A stretch of DNA of 62,674 nucleotides, the filler included, from Nitrospirae bacterium CG2_30_53_67 (GTDB taxonomy: Bacteria > CG2-30-53-67): NCBI GenBank assembly GCA_001873285.1. It is 5 parts of 5 records of this genome, joined end to end, with 100 filler letters (N's around TTAATTAATTAA, not from the genome) between each part and the next. Parts side by side here need not be neighbours in the genome. Positions count along the whole stretch, not along the records: positions 41,330 to 51,920 come from MNYV01000109.1; positions 52,021 to 62,674 come from MNYV01000048.1; 3 more parts are not named here. One strand, 5' to 3'. Below the pieces are notes generated by a model. It did not search any database and was not told the origin of the DNA. It saw only the letters and a list, made by a program, of their open reading frames with translations. The position numbers were made by a program, and so were the translations under genes. The stretch's first letter is position 1. Each line of letters begins with the position of its first letter. Below, piece after piece: positions 48,010 to 58,208 of the stretch.

Positions 48010-48807
48010 ATGTATAAGGAATACTGGGGTTTAAAGGAATATCCATTTGAAAATCTTCCAAATCCTGGCTATCTCTATAAATCTCCCATTCACGAAGAGG
48101 CCCTGACGCGGCTGATTTATGCTATTGAGAACCGCAAGGGTGCGGCCATGCTGACCGGTGAGATCGGCTGCGGCAAGACCACGATCAGCCGGCTCCTGGT
48201 GCAGAGGCTCGTGAAAAGAAATTATCAACTGGCCCTGATCGAGAACCCCTGCCTGCCGGCCGATGACTTCTTCAAGGAGATCCTGTATCAGTTCGGATTG
48301 AAGACTACGGCTCAATCCAAGAGCGAGATGATCCACCAGCTCAACGATTTCCTGTATCAAAACCTCAAAGACGGGAAAAACACAGTGATCATTGTGGATG
48401 AGGCGCAACTGATCAACAGCAGCGAGACCTTCGAGGAACTGAGACTCCTGCTGAACTTCCAGATGAACGATTGTTTTCTCCTGACCCTGATCCTGATCGG
48501 CCAGCCCGAACTCCAAGAAAAGATGGAGAATATGCCTCAGCTGGACCAGAGGATCGCCATCCGTTACCACCTCAAGCCTCTGGACATGCAGGAGATGGTC
48601 AAGTTCATCTTTTTCAGGCTCAAGAAGGCGGGCGCCAGGCGCAACATGTTTACCAATGACGCCTTCCGGCGGATCTATGAACACAGCACCGGCATTCCGA
48701 GGAAGATCAATAACATTTGTGATCTCAGCCTGCTGATCGGCTGCGGAGAGAGCGTCAAGTTCATCAGTACCATGATCGTGGACAAGTCGGCCAACGGTTC
48801 CTTTTAA
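48010..48807 (+). CDS. ExeA/GspA-like AAA ATPase (ATPase domain only)
   Basis: YWGLKEYPF, GEIGCGKTT, IVDEAQ, LIGQPEL, GIPRKIN. Confidence 0.9.
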   Translation: MYKEYWGLKEYPFENLPNPGYLYKSPIHEEALTRLIYAIENRKGAAMLTGEIGCGKTTISRLLVQRLVKRNYQLALIENPCLPADDFFKEILYQFGLKTTAQSKSEMIHQLNDFLYQNLKDGKNTVIIVDEAQLINSSETFEELRLLLNFQMNDCFLLTLILIGQPELQEKMENMPQLDQRIAIRYHLKPLDMQEMVKFIFFRLKKAGARRNMFTNDAFRRIYEHSTGIPRKINNICDLSLLIGCGESVKFISTMIVDKSANGSF

Positions 48808-48819
48808 GGGAGCAGACCT

Positions 48820-50046
48820 ATGGTAAGAATCAGCGAAATATTGCGCAAGTCCGGAGGCGGATCCGGGGAAGAAGAGAAACCATCCGTCGTACTGCATCAG
48901 GCCGTTCCTAAGAAGAAGGCGCCGCGGTCTTTCGGAAAATCAGAGGATCTGAAGCTGAGCGAGATCCTTTCCGTAGATGAACTGCTCAAGGAGAGCGAAG
49001 AAAAGGGGATTTCCACGATCATCTCCAAGGAGGAACTGCGAAGGATGTCCTCCGGCATTCTGGTCGAGAAATCCGACGTCAAGAATGCTGACGGGGAATG
49101 GATCTACGGGGATGTGGACAAGATCTACGAGGATGCCAAGAAACAGGTCGGCCTCGCCATGGACAAAGGAAAGTCGAATCAAACCTTCTCCGTGGACGCG
49201 ATCGCAGAATGCACCGTCCGGATGGTTCAAAGCCTGATGGCCGGAGACAAGCTCTACCTGAAGGCGGTTTATACCCGTCACTCCTCCAACGACCTTGTTT
49301 CCCATTCCTTGAATGTAGCGATCTTCTCCCTGAAGGTCGGGATGGGGCTCAATTACAGTGAGAATCAGCTCATCCGCCTCGGGACCGTTGCTCTCCTGCA
49401 CGATATCGGGATGGCCAAGCTCAATACCAAGATCATCAACAAGGAAGATGTGCTGACCAAGGAAGAGTATGAAGAGATGAAGCGGCACCCCGAATACAGC
49501 TATGAAATGCTCTCCCGCCTCGGGCGTCAGTATGAATGGATCGCGACCGTGGTGCGGCAGGAGCATGAGCGGATCAACGGCAAGGGGTATCCGAGAGGGC
49601 TTTCAGGGGAAGACCTCCATGAGTACGCACAGATCATCGGCCTGGTCGACTACTATGAAGCCCTGACCCATACCCGGCCGCAGCGCAGACGTTTTCTCCC
49701 TTACGATGCCGTCAAGATCATCGTGGAGCAGGAGAAGGGGGTGTTCGCCCAGAAGCTGATCAAAACGCTTCTGAGAAAGATCTCCGTCTTTCCTCTGGAA
49801 GGGTTTGTGAAGCTGAACACCAACGAGATCGGCAAGGTGATTGAAACCAGCGAAGAGCGCCCGCTCAGGCCCACGGTGGAGATCCTGTACCAGGCTGAAG
49901 GGCAGAAGCTGAAGGCGCCGAGGATCATCAGCCTCAAGGATAATCCCCTCATCTACATTATCAGTTCGGTCTACGAGGAGGATATCCTCGGCGAAAAAAA
50001 CGGCTGGAACCTGCAGGCCGCAGCGAAACATCACAGAAATCCATAG
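48820..50046 (+). CDS. HD-GYP-family phosphodiesterase
   Basis: HSLNV, LHDIG, HP, EHERINGKGYP, D.YEAL..RP. Confidence 0.88.
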   Translation: MVRISEILRKSGGGSGEEEKPSVVLHQAVPKKKAPRSFGKSEDLKLSEILSVDELLKESEEKGISTIISKEELRRMSSGILVEKSDVKNADGEWIYGDVDKIYEDAKKQVGLAMDKGKSNQTFSVDAIAECTVRMVQSLMAGDKLYLKAVYTRHSSNDLVSHSLNVAIFSLKVGMGLNYSENQLIRLGTVALLHDIGMAKLNTKIINKEDVLTKEEYEEMKRHPEYSYEMLSRLGRQYEWIATVVRQEHERINGKGYPRGLSGEDLHEYAQIIGLVDYYEALTHTRPQRRRFLPYDAVKIIVEQEKGVFAQKLIKTLLRKISVFPLEGFVKLNTNEIGKVIETSEERPLRPTVEILYQAEGQKLKAPRIISLKDNPLIYIISSVYEEDILGEKNGWNLQAAAKHHRNP

Positions 50047-50105
50047 GGTGGATCTCTGCGGAAGACTTCTTTTAACCGTGACCTTTCCATAAATTGAAGA
50101 CCCTC

Positions 50106-51107
50106 ATGCCCTATGCCGTCGAGATAGAAAAACTCACCAAGATCTTCAGGCCCAAAAGAGGCATCCGAAGGTGGTTCGCCTCATCCTCCCTCTCTCATGA
50201 CATCAAGGTGCTGGACGATGTAACCCTCTGTGTGCAAACCGGAGAGGTCTTCGGCCTGCTCGGGCCCAACGGGGCGGGCAAGACCACGCTGCTTAAGATC
50301 CTCTCCACCCTGATCCGTCCGGATCGGGGGAGTGTCCGCATCCTGGGGTACGACCTGGTTCGGGACGAAAACCGGATCAAAGAGCGGATCGGCATGGTCT
50401 ATCCGGACGAAAGGAGCTTCTATTGGCGTCTGAGCGGGAGGGAAAACCTGTGTTTCTTTGGTTCCTTGTTGAACCTCTCCGCAAAAGAGATAGACCGCAG
50501 GATCCGGGAACTCTCTTCGTTCATGAACATGGGCGACTTTCTGGACGACCGGTATGATGCGTATTCCACAGGGATGAAACAGAGGCTCCTGCTGGCTCGG
50601 GCCATGCTGAGGGAGCCTGAAGTCCTGCTCATGGATGAACCGACCCGGGGGCTGGATCCCACCATGGCCGAAAGTTTGTTAAAGGAGATCTGTTCTCTGG
50701 CCTCGAATAAACAAACGACAGTCCTGATGGTGACCCACAGCCTTTCCGAAGCAAAGAAGTTCTGCAGCCGGATCGGGGTCCTGAGCCAGGGGCGGCTGGT
50801 CTGCGAGGGGAGGATGGAAGACCTCAAGGCATCCTTTCTTGATGCAAGCCGGTATTGTTTCTATATCACTTCCCTGGATACAAAGGTCTTAAGCGAGATG
50901 CAGCGCCTTCCATGGGTGACCGACATCCAGTGGAGCAACGGGAGCGATAAGATCAAACTCGATCTCACGATCCAGGACCCGGAAGCGAACCTGTCCAAAG
51001 TCATGGATCTTCTTAGAGAGAACGGGTCCATGATCGTCCGCATGGAGGCCGGGGAGTCGGATATAAAGACGATCTTTGCCAGGGCCACCGGCAGGGAGGC
51101 GGGATAA
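50106..51107 (+). CDS. ABC-2-type transporter ATP-binding protein
   Basis: GPNGAGKTT, YSTGMKQR, MDEPT. Confidence 0.9.
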   Translation: MPYAVEIEKLTKIFRPKRGIRRWFASSSLSHDIKVLDDVTLCVQTGEVFGLLGPNGAGKTTLLKILSTLIRPDRGSVRILGYDLVRDENRIKERIGMVYPDERSFYWRLSGRENLCFFGSLLNLSAKEIDRRIRELSSFMNMGDFLDDRYDAYSTGMKQRLLLARAMLREPEVLLMDEPTRGLDPTMAESLLKEICSLASNKQTTVLMVTHSLSEAKKFCSRIGVLSQGRLVCEGRMEDLKASFLDASRYCFYITSLDTKVLSEMQRLPWVTDIQWSNGSDKIKLDLTIQDPEANLSKVMDLLRENGSMIVRMEAGESDIKTIFARATGREAG

Positions 51108-51108
51108 G

Positions 51109-51920
51109 ATGAGCGTGCTCTCTCTCTCTATGCTCCATAAACCGTATGCCTTTCTCCGGCGGGATTTTCTGGGAGAAATCAGTTATCGCCTTTCATTTGT
51201 ATCCCAGGTTGCGGGGGTCTTCTTTTCCGTGGTGATGTTCTATTATATCTCCCGGCTTTTCGGAAGCTCTGCAAACCCTTATCTTTCAGCCTACGGAGGG
51301 GAGTACTTCCCCTTTGTCCTGATCGGGATCGCCTTCTACCGTTACCTGAACGTAGCCCTCTCCATTTTTGCCGTGACCATCCGGGAAGGCCAGGTGACCG
51401 GCACCCTGGAGGCCATGTTCACCACGCCCACAAGACCTATAACGCTTCTGATCTATTCCAGTCTCTGGAGTTTTATTTATGCCACATTCGAAGTGGCGGT
51501 CTATCTCTTCTTCGGCGTCGTCTTTTTCGGTTTTCAGATCGGCCAGGCCAACCTCCTTTCCGTGCTGGTCGTCCTGTTCATCACCATCCTTGCCTTCTCG
51601 TCCTTCGGGATCCTTTCCGCGGGTTTTGTCCTGTTTTACAAGCGGGGAGACCCGATCGCCTTTGTCTTTGGGAGCCTTTCCGCGTTCCTCGGGGGGGTTT
51701 ATTTTCCGGTAGCGATCCTCCCGAAGTTTCTGCAGTTCGGCTCGAACCTCCTTCCGTTGACCTACTCCCTTCGTTCTTTGCGGCAGGCCATCCTGATGGG
51801 GGCGCCCGTCACAAAGCTCGGTTACGACCTCGCCGTGCTGGCCCTCTTTGCAGCAGTCGGAATCCCCCTGAGTCTGATTTTTTTCAACACGGCCCTGTCC
51901 CGCGCCAAGGACGAGGGCTC
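51109..51920 (+). CDS. ABC-2 permease, 3'-truncated by the gap
   Basis: Multiple TM segments, GTLEAMFTTP, GGVYFP..LP..LPLTY. Confidence 0.88.
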
Positions 51921-52020
51921 NNNNNNNNNNNNNNNNNNNNNNNNNNNNNNNNNNNNNNNNNNNNTTAATTAATTAANNNNNNNNNNNNNNNNNNNNNNNN
52001 NNNNNNNNNNNNNNNNNNNN
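51921..52020. other. Assembly linker
   Basis: N run with TTAATTAATTAA. Confidence 0.97.
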
Positions 52021-52230
52021 CTTCTTTATCAAATCACCTCTTGTCTGGCCGATCAGGGGGTTTATATCCACTCCTCAAAGATCACCACCGAGGCCGACAA
52101 GGCCATTGATGCCTTTTACGTCACGGACGTCTTCGGACAAAAGATCCTGGACCCAAAGAAACTTCAGCAGATTCAGGAGACTCTGTTGAAGACCATGAGT
52201 CCGGATCCGTCGAGAAGGGAATCCGCGTGA
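52021..52230 (+). CDS. glnD: 3' end (ACT domain) of uridylyltransferase GlnD
   Basis: LLYQITSCLADQGVYIHSSKITTEADKAIDAFYVTDVFGQKI. Confidence 0.78.
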   Translation, partial: LLYQITSCLADQGVYIHSSKITTEADKAIDAFYVTDVFGQKILDPKKLQQIQETLLKTMSPDPSRRESA

Positions 52231-52345
52231 ATTGATCTTGACCATTCGATCTGTTTTATGTAAAGTTCAAAATTGAGGATTTTTGAGAAGGGAATCCGCT
52301 CTGCTCTGTTTAAAGGCAGGGGGAAAAGAAAAAAAGGGGAGGGAA

Positions 52346-53575
52346 ATGCACTGGAGCATCAGAGAAGTTCTCGCAGTCGTCATGGCCGGGGGGAAGGGGA
52401 GCCGCCTCTATCCATTGACGGAAGATCGGGCGAAACCCGCTGTTCCTTTCGGCGGCAAGTACCGCATCGTTGATTTTACCCTCAGCAACTGCATCAATTC
52501 CGGGATCAAGAAGGTTTTCGTCCTGACCCAGTACAAGTCCTATTCCCTGGAAAGACATATCCGGCTTGGATGGGGATTCCTGAGTCATGAGCTGCACGAG
52601 TTTGTCGTTCCCCTGCCTCCTCAGCAGAGGATCGACGAGAGCTGGTACCGGGGAACGGCCGATGCCATTTATCAGAACCTCTATTCCATCCTGAGGGAAG
52701 ATCCGAGGTTTCTTCTTGTGCTCTCCGGCGATCATATATACAAGATGGATTACGGAGAACTCATTCGTTTCCACAAAGCGAAAAAAGCGGATGTCACGGT
52801 CGCAGCCCTGGAGGTTGAAAAATATGAGGCCGGTCATTTCGGCGTGATCCAGGTAGACAAAAAGGGGAGGATCATGGGTTTCCAGGAGAAACCCAAGAAG
52901 CCTCAAACCATCCCTGATGAACCCGACAAATGTCTGATCTCGCTTGGGGTTTATGTGTTTAATATCCCGTCCCTGGTCGAACAGTTGAAGAAAGATGCGG
53001 ATGACGAACGCTCGGAACATGATTTTGGAAAAAACGTCATCCCCAAGATGGCTAAGGACCTGGCGGTTTATGCTTACAATTTCAAGGAGAAGAAAACCCG
53101 GAGGGCGGCATACTGGAGGGATGTGGGGACCCTGGACGCCTACTGGGAGGCCAACATGGACCTGGTATCGGTAAGCCCGGTCTGCAACCTCTATGACCCC
53201 GATTGGCCGATTCGCACTTTTCAGGGGTTGGAACCCCCTGCGAAATTCGTTTTTGCGCAGGAGTTTGCCGGCGGGAGAATGGGCGTGGCCCTCGACTCCG
53301 TTGTCTGCGGCGGGTGCATCATCAGCGGCGGACGGGTACAGAACTCCGTGTTGTCGCCCAATGTGAGGGTGAACAGCTTCTGCAACATCTACCAGTCGGT
53401 GATCATGGAAAATGCCGAGATCGGCAGGAATTCGCAAATCAAGAAGACCATCATCGAAAAGGGGATCAAGATCCCGCCCAACTCCATCATCGGGTATCAC
53501 GCCGATGAAGATGCAAAACACTTTCATGTCACCGAGTCCGGAATCACGGTGGTGACGAAAAATGCCGTGCTTTAA
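52346..53575 (+). CDS. glgC: Glucose-1-phosphate adenylyltransferase
   Basis: AGGKGSRL..RAKPAVPFGG, WYRGTADA, GDHIYKMDY, FQEKP, YWRDVGT. Confidence 0.97.
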   Translation: MHWSIREVLAVVMAGGKGSRLYPLTEDRAKPAVPFGGKYRIVDFTLSNCINSGIKKVFVLTQYKSYSLERHIRLGWGFLSHELHEFVVPLPPQQRIDESWYRGTADAIYQNLYSILREDPRFLLVLSGDHIYKMDYGELIRFHKAKKADVTVAALEVEKYEAGHFGVIQVDKKGRIMGFQEKPKKPQTIPDEPDKCLISLGVYVFNIPSLVEQLKKDADDERSEHDFGKNVIPKMAKDLAVYAYNFKEKKTRRAAYWRDVGTLDAYWEANMDLVSVSPVCNLYDPDWPIRTFQGLEPPAKFVFAQEFAGGRMGVALDSVVCGGCIISGGRVQNSVLSPNVRVNSFCNIYQSVIMENAEIGRNSQIKKTIIEKGIKIPPNSIIGYHADEDAKHFHVTESGITVVTKNAVL

Positions 53576-53620
53576 GACAACGGGTGGTGGTATGATGAGC
53601 TCTGAAATCTTAAGACGGCA

Positions 53621-53649
53621 TTGACAACTTAGGGTATTTTATTTATGAT
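53621..53649 (+). promoter_or_regulatory. sigma-70 promoter
   Basis: TTGACA-N17-TATGAT. Confidence 0.6.
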
Positions 53650-53720
53650 GGCGCAAGACCTATCTTCTGGATCCTATTGGATCAGTCCCTGCCGGGCCTG
53701 TCATCGAGCGTGAGATTCCT

Positions 53721-54170
53721 GTGACCCTGCAACGGACGGTTCGTTATCTGTATCTTCGCCTCATCCGGATTCGGAGCAGCCCCCAGGAGATTGCACGGGG
53801 GCTTGCGATCGGGGTGTTCGTGGGGATCACCCCATTCATTGGGATCCATATGATTTTGGCCGTCGCGCTGGCCGTGCTGTTGAAAGGGAACAAATTCATG
53901 GCTCTATTAGGGACATGGGTCGGGAATCCTTTAACCTTTTCGTTTATCTTTTTTTTGGATTACAAGGTCGGGCGTTGGATCCTGGGAGGAGGTCCGGGGA
54001 CCCTGAAGCTTTCCTCCACCCATCCCCTTGATATTCTGCATCTGAGCTGGAAGCTCCTTTTCCCCATGAGTGTCGGAGGCCTGGTGATCGGGCTGACCTC
54101 GGCCATCCTGGCCTATTTTTTGTCCAATCCGATTATTGCCTGGATCAAGGATCGGATACAACAAAGGTAA
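53721..54170 (+). CDS. DUF2062-family membrane protein
   Basis: SPQEIARGLAIGVF..P..GIH..WVGNPLT. Confidence 0.85.
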   Translation: MTLQRTVRYLYLRLIRIRSSPQEIARGLAIGVFVGITPFIGIHMILAVALAVLLKGNKFMALLGTWVGNPLTFSFIFFLDYKVGRWILGGGPGTLKLSSTHPLDILHLSWKLLFPMSVGGLVIGLTSAILAYFLSNPIIAWIKDRIQQR

Positions 54171-54263
54171 ATTCCATGGTATGGTCATAAATCTTAAGAG
54201 AGAACTGATTCCGAGAAAAAGGCCGCCGGGATAAGAAATGTCGCCGCCATGTTGGAGTGGTAT

Positions 54264-55007
54264 ATGAAGGGTGTAAAACCTCCCTGGACATTGGGGGGGT
54301 ACTGCATGATGATTTTTTATCTGGTCTCATCCAAGAGGATGGTCTCTTTTGTGCCTTCTCCCCTGGAGGTCGCCGATGTCCTGCCCGGACTGACTCTGTC
54401 AGGTCTTTACGCAGCGTCCTACAACACCGGGTCATTCGGGGTTTTGAGTGAATTCAGCGCCTTTCCCGCTCTGGTCCGGTACAAGAAAAAAAAAGGATTT
54501 TATGTCCCCTGTTCCAAGGTGGAGTCCCATGAAGAGGCTTACCGGCATCAGGGGGCATGGGGTTTGCAAAAGGAGCAGGCGGTCTTTGAATGGAAAAAAG
54601 ACAGGAACCGGCACATCCTGACCGTACAATGTGAGGGTAAAAAAATCATTGAGATCCGTTTCAGCGCAAAAAAGATCTCCATTCCCGTTCGTGTATCCTT
54701 TCCCTTCTTTCATGTACGCGGGAACGGGGTCGTTTCGTATCATGCGGATTATGCAGCCCGGGTCCATCTTTCCACCTCCGCAGTGGATATTCCTGAGAGC
54801 AGTCCACTGGCCATCTACGGATTCAGGAGGAAACTCCTCACCACGTTCTGGGAATCCTCCAAGATTGTTCTGCACCCCCCGGAGTTTGAAAACATGGTCA
54901 TACCCGAGGGGGTCTCGGAAGGGATCTTTCGGGTCGGACAGGACCAGAGGGAAACCTGCGGTGTAAAAAAAACCGCAGACGATTGCAGGACCTGTCATAC
55001 AGTGTAA
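54264..55007 (+). CDS. Acetoacetate-decarboxylase-like protein
   Basis: PPWTLGG, VPSPL, GAWGLQKEQAVFEW (retains the Adc-type Lys). Confidence 0.6.
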   Translation: MKGVKPPWTLGGYCMMIFYLVSSKRMVSFVPSPLEVADVLPGLTLSGLYAASYNTGSFGVLSEFSAFPALVRYKKKKGFYVPCSKVESHEEAYRHQGAWGLQKEQAVFEWKKDRNRHILTVQCEGKKIIEIRFSAKKISIPVRVSFPFFHVRGNGVVSYHADYAARVHLSTSAVDIPESSPLAIYGFRRKLLTTFWESSKIVLHPPEFENMVIPEGVSEGIFRVGQDQRETCGVKKTADDCRTCHTV

Positions 55008-55026
55008 AACCTTTTTTTAATTCTCT

Positions 55027-56040
55027 ATGAAAGCCGAGATATTTAAAAAAGAGATACAGCAAGGGAGGATTCCTCCTGTCTGTCTGCTGTACGGTGAAGA
55101 GACGCTCCTGATTCGGGAGATGATCGACCTGATCCGCAATAAGCTCTCCAGGGGCGGCGATCCGTCCATGGGGCATGAGGTCTTCTACGGCGCCGAGTCC
55201 GATGCATCCGCCATCATGCAATCAGCCGGGACCGTTCCGCTTTTCGGAGGGACGAAACTGGTGATTGTCAAAGAGATGGACCGGATGCCCGATTCCGAGA
55301 AGGAGCGTTTTCTAAAATACATCAAGGATCCGGTACGCGAAACCTGCCTGGTCATGACGTGCGCCAAGCCGGATATGCGTAAGAGATTTTTTGCTCAGAT
55401 CCAGAAGCAATGGCCCTCGATCCGGTTTTATCATCCCTACGATGAAGAACAAACCGGGAAATGGATCCGTTCGTTTCTCAGACAGCAAGGATACAGGATC
55501 GAAGACGAAGCGGTTCATTTTCTAATGGATGCCCACGGACGAGAACTTCAGGTCCTGAAGAACGAACTTCAAAAGCTGATGCTCTATAAGGGGACGCCGG
55601 GTGAGATCGCGCTCTCTGACGTGACCGAGGTTTCAGGACATTCACGTGAATTCAATTCCTTTGAACTTGCGGATGCCGCCTGTGACAAGGATCTCGAAAA
55701 GGCCCTTAAGATCTTATCGCGGCTGGTTGAAGATGGGACGCCTCCGCTCCTGATCCTTTCGGCCTTGGCATCAAAGTTTCGGAAGATCTGGATGGGAAAA
55801 GAGCTTGAAAAGCAAGGCCTCACGGAACACGAAATCCTGCGGCGCCTGAATATCCGATTTCAAGAAAAAAGGTTTTTAAGGCAATTGCATGGTTTTCAGG
55901 AGGAAGAAATCGCCCGCCACTATCTGCAAATCGCTTCCCTCGATGAATCGATTAAATCCGGAAGCGGCCGGCATCAGATCTGGATCGAGACGATGATCCA
56001 TCACATCTGCAGGCGGCCGGCTGATGTATCCTGTTCGTAA
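55027..56040 (+). CDS. holA: DNA polymerase III delta subunit
   Basis: LLYGEETLL, PLFG..LVIV, NELQKL..Y, FELADA; adjacent to rpsT. Confidence 0.92.
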   Translation: MKAEIFKKEIQQGRIPPVCLLYGEETLLIREMIDLIRNKLSRGGDPSMGHEVFYGAESDASAIMQSAGTVPLFGGTKLVIVKEMDRMPDSEKERFLKYIKDPVRETCLVMTCAKPDMRKRFFAQIQKQWPSIRFYHPYDEEQTGKWIRSFLRQQGYRIEDEAVHFLMDAHGRELQVLKNELQKLMLYKGTPGEIALSDVTEVSGHSREFNSFELADAACDKDLEKALKILSRLVEDGTPPLLILSALASKFRKIWMGKELEKQGLTEHEILRRLNIRFQEKRFLRQLHGFQEEEIARHYLQIASLDESIKSGSGRHQIWIETMIHHICRRPADVSCS

Positions 56041-56086
56041 ATAGGGTGAAACACCAGCCGCGCCGTCAGTCAGATCGGGCCGCTAA

Positions 56087-56247
56087 GTGGTCCTATTCGT
56101 AAATATGGTAACGTACCGAGAGGGGCGTAGGGCGGTCTTGTCAAGGCGCGCGACTGAGGCGTACCCTCTGGTACGCCGCAAGGAGCGGAACGCAGATGAG
56201 GCCGCCCTACGGCACTCGAATGCGACCGTATTTACGAATCGGGCCGC
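56087..56247. mobile_element. MITE family B, full copy, 3-bp TSD TAA
   Basis: TAA|GTGGTCCTATTCGTAAATA ... TATTTACGAATCGGGCCGC|TAA; preceded by a degraded tandem copy at ~56027-56083. Confidence 0.88.
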
Positions 56248-56519
56248 TAAGACTGGGAGGCGAGCTGGTTCACCTTTTTCGTGAGAGCGGACTTTTTTCT
56301 GGCGGCGTTATTCTTGTGGATAATACCCTTGGTTACGGACTTATCCAAAATACGGAGCGCCCCGGGAAGGGAGGTCTTGGCCCCTTCGATATCCTTTTCA
56401 GTGATTAAAGACTCAACCTTCTTGACCTGTGTTTTCATTCTGGAACGGTGCTGTTTATTTAGAAGGGCCCGTTTACTGCTTTGTCTCATCCGTTTGATTG
56501 CTGATGCATGATTCGCCAA
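56247..56519 (-). CDS. rpsT: 30S ribosomal protein S20
   Basis: ANHASAIKRMRQ..KGIIHKNNAARKKS; TTG start after GGAGG. Confidence 0.96.
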   Translation of the reverse strand: MANHASAIKRMRQSSKRALLNKQHRSRMKTQVKKVESLITEKDIEGAKTSLPGALRILDKSVTKGIIHKNNAARKKSALTKKVNQLASQS

Positions 56520-56677
56520 TGTTTTTTCCTCCATTGTTTTTTATACCAAATTTTTAACATTAAAAAATAAATGTTGTCAAGATATTATTGCAGCACCGGT
56601 AAAAGTGCTTGACATGTTACTTTAAAGGTTATATTATAAAAGATAATTGTAACATACCGTAAAATAGGGGATTTTAG

Positions 56678-56983
56678 ATGAGTATGATTAATCTGGATAC
56701 AATGGATCGAAAGATTCAAGAGGCCCTTGATCTCATTTTAAATCTTCAGGAAGAAAATGATGTTCTGAAAAAAGAACTTGAAGCATGCCGCAAGGGCCTT
56801 CAAGAGAAGGGAAAAGAGATTGCCGATAAAAATCTGATCAAAGACCGGGATGAAGCCATATTGGAAGACATTCAGACTTTACGCCAGGAGCGGGTACAGA
56901 TCAGGCAGAGGATCAAGAACATCCTGAAAAAAATTGAAGGGATCGATATGGAAGAAGAAAAGGTCCAGAAAGAGTTGTTTTAA
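56678..56983 (+). CDS. ZapB-like coiled-coil protein
   Basis: Coiled coil ending ERVQIRQRIKNIL; upstream of zapA. Confidence 0.7.
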   Translation: MSMINLDTMDRKIQEALDLILNLQEENDVLKKELEACRKGLQEKGKEIADKNLIKDRDEAILEDIQTLRQERVQIRQRIKNILKKIEGIDMEEEKVQKELF

Positions 56984-57046
56984 TCAAATCAAATAGGCTA
57001 TACCGGCGCAAAGGCCGCAGCAGTGAAGGAATCCGGAGGGAAATCC

Positions 57047-57331
57047 ATGGCAAACCAGGTGAATGTTAAGATTTTCGGCCAGGAATTTACCATAAAGGGG
57101 GAAGACACGCCTGAATATGTGGAGGAACTCGCAGGGTTTGTCGATAAAAAGATGAGAGAGGTCGCATCTGCATCTTCTGTGATCACCTCCCACAAGGTAG
57201 CCATTCTGACGGCCATTAATATTGCCGATGAGCTCTTCCGCCTGCAAAAGGTCATGAATGAACAGGAGGAAAAAATAAGGAAAAAAGTCGACGAATGGGC
57301 CGGCATTTTGGGCAAGGCGCAGAAAAAATAA
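57047..57331 (+). CDS. zapA: Cell division protein ZapA
   Basis: VKIFGQEFTI..YVEELAGFVDKKM..AILTAINIADE. Confidence 0.93.
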   Translation: MANQVNVKIFGQEFTIKGEDTPEYVEELAGFVDKKMREVASASSVITSHKVAILTAINIADELFRLQKVMNEQEEKIRKKVDEWAGILGKAQKK

Positions 57332-57362
57332 AAGATTCGTTCTCTTCAAATTTTTTTCACTA

Positions 57363-57391
57363 TTGACTTTTATTTTCCCCCTCGATATAGT
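57363..57391 (+). promoter_or_regulatory. sigma-70 promoter for 6S RNA
   Basis: TTGACT-N17-TATAGT. Confidence 0.7.
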
Positions 57392-57417
57392 AGCAAATAC
57401 TTGAACGGAACATTTGA

Positions 57418-57595
57418 TCTCCCTGCCTTGCAAGTGATGGCCGGCAGTGTTTTGAGCCAACACTTATTTGAATGGGAACCGGCCCTGAAGACGGTGTGCA
57501 TGCCCTCTTGAGAGGGAAGCCTGAAGTCTTTATCACGGTACCCACCTGGGTTATCAGGTTCAAATAGTTGCGGCCACACGGCAAGGCGGGGGGGT
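57418..57595 (+). ncRNA. ssrS: 6S RNA
   Basis: Closing stem CCCTGCCTTGC/GCAAGGCGGGG, TTGAGCC..GGTTCAA and GGGAACC..GGTACCC pairings; canonical position after zapA; ends approximate. Confidence 0.88.
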
Positions 57596-58208
57596 TATAT
57601 ATATAGATCATATTGAGATGATATAAACCGAGTTGCTTATCCATAAGACATCCCAACGACTGATTCAGGGAGGAAAAAGGAATTTTAAATGCAGCGCAGG
57701 AGAATAAAGGGAGCAGGAAAACCTCAATGAAAGCGTTTAGTCTCGTACATGATGAGTTTCACCGGCTTGTAAAATTAAATAAAGCGGTCCATCCATATGG
57801 TTCTTTAAAAGTGGGGGGAAAACTCCTGGTTGAACTTCATCAGGTTTCGCAGTTCCCGTTGAAGAAACCTGCAGGCGATCGGTGATGATGACGCTCATGT
57901 TACAAGGCTGAACCGGTGAAGGTCATGAAGAAATGTTCACTTTGTCCCTATTTTTTGGTTGGGACGGCTTTTTATCTCGAAAAAACAACGAAGCCCCGGA
58001 ATAAAAGGACTTAGGTCCTCCTTTTTACTGACCGGTCTGATCGTTGTCCGATCTTCTTCCTTTGTTTCCCATCCTGTGTGCAAACCATCATCGCAGACGA
58101 ATTGAGGTTTGAGAACCCCTTGGGGGCCGGATCGGCTTTAGTTTATTCCGTAAGAGGATCAAAGTCCCTTTTGGAGTCAGGATTTTTCCCCAGGTTTGAG
58201 GTGACGTC

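Noticed and set aside
18056..52020. TTAATTAATTAA motif recurring four times
   Set aside because: Always centred in a 100-nt N spacer; an artificial contig linker. Linkage across it, such as the two TA modules either side of 18100, cannot be claimed.
52310..53527. 405-aa minus-strand ORF
   Set aside because: Antisense shadow of glgC, typical of high-GC codon usage.
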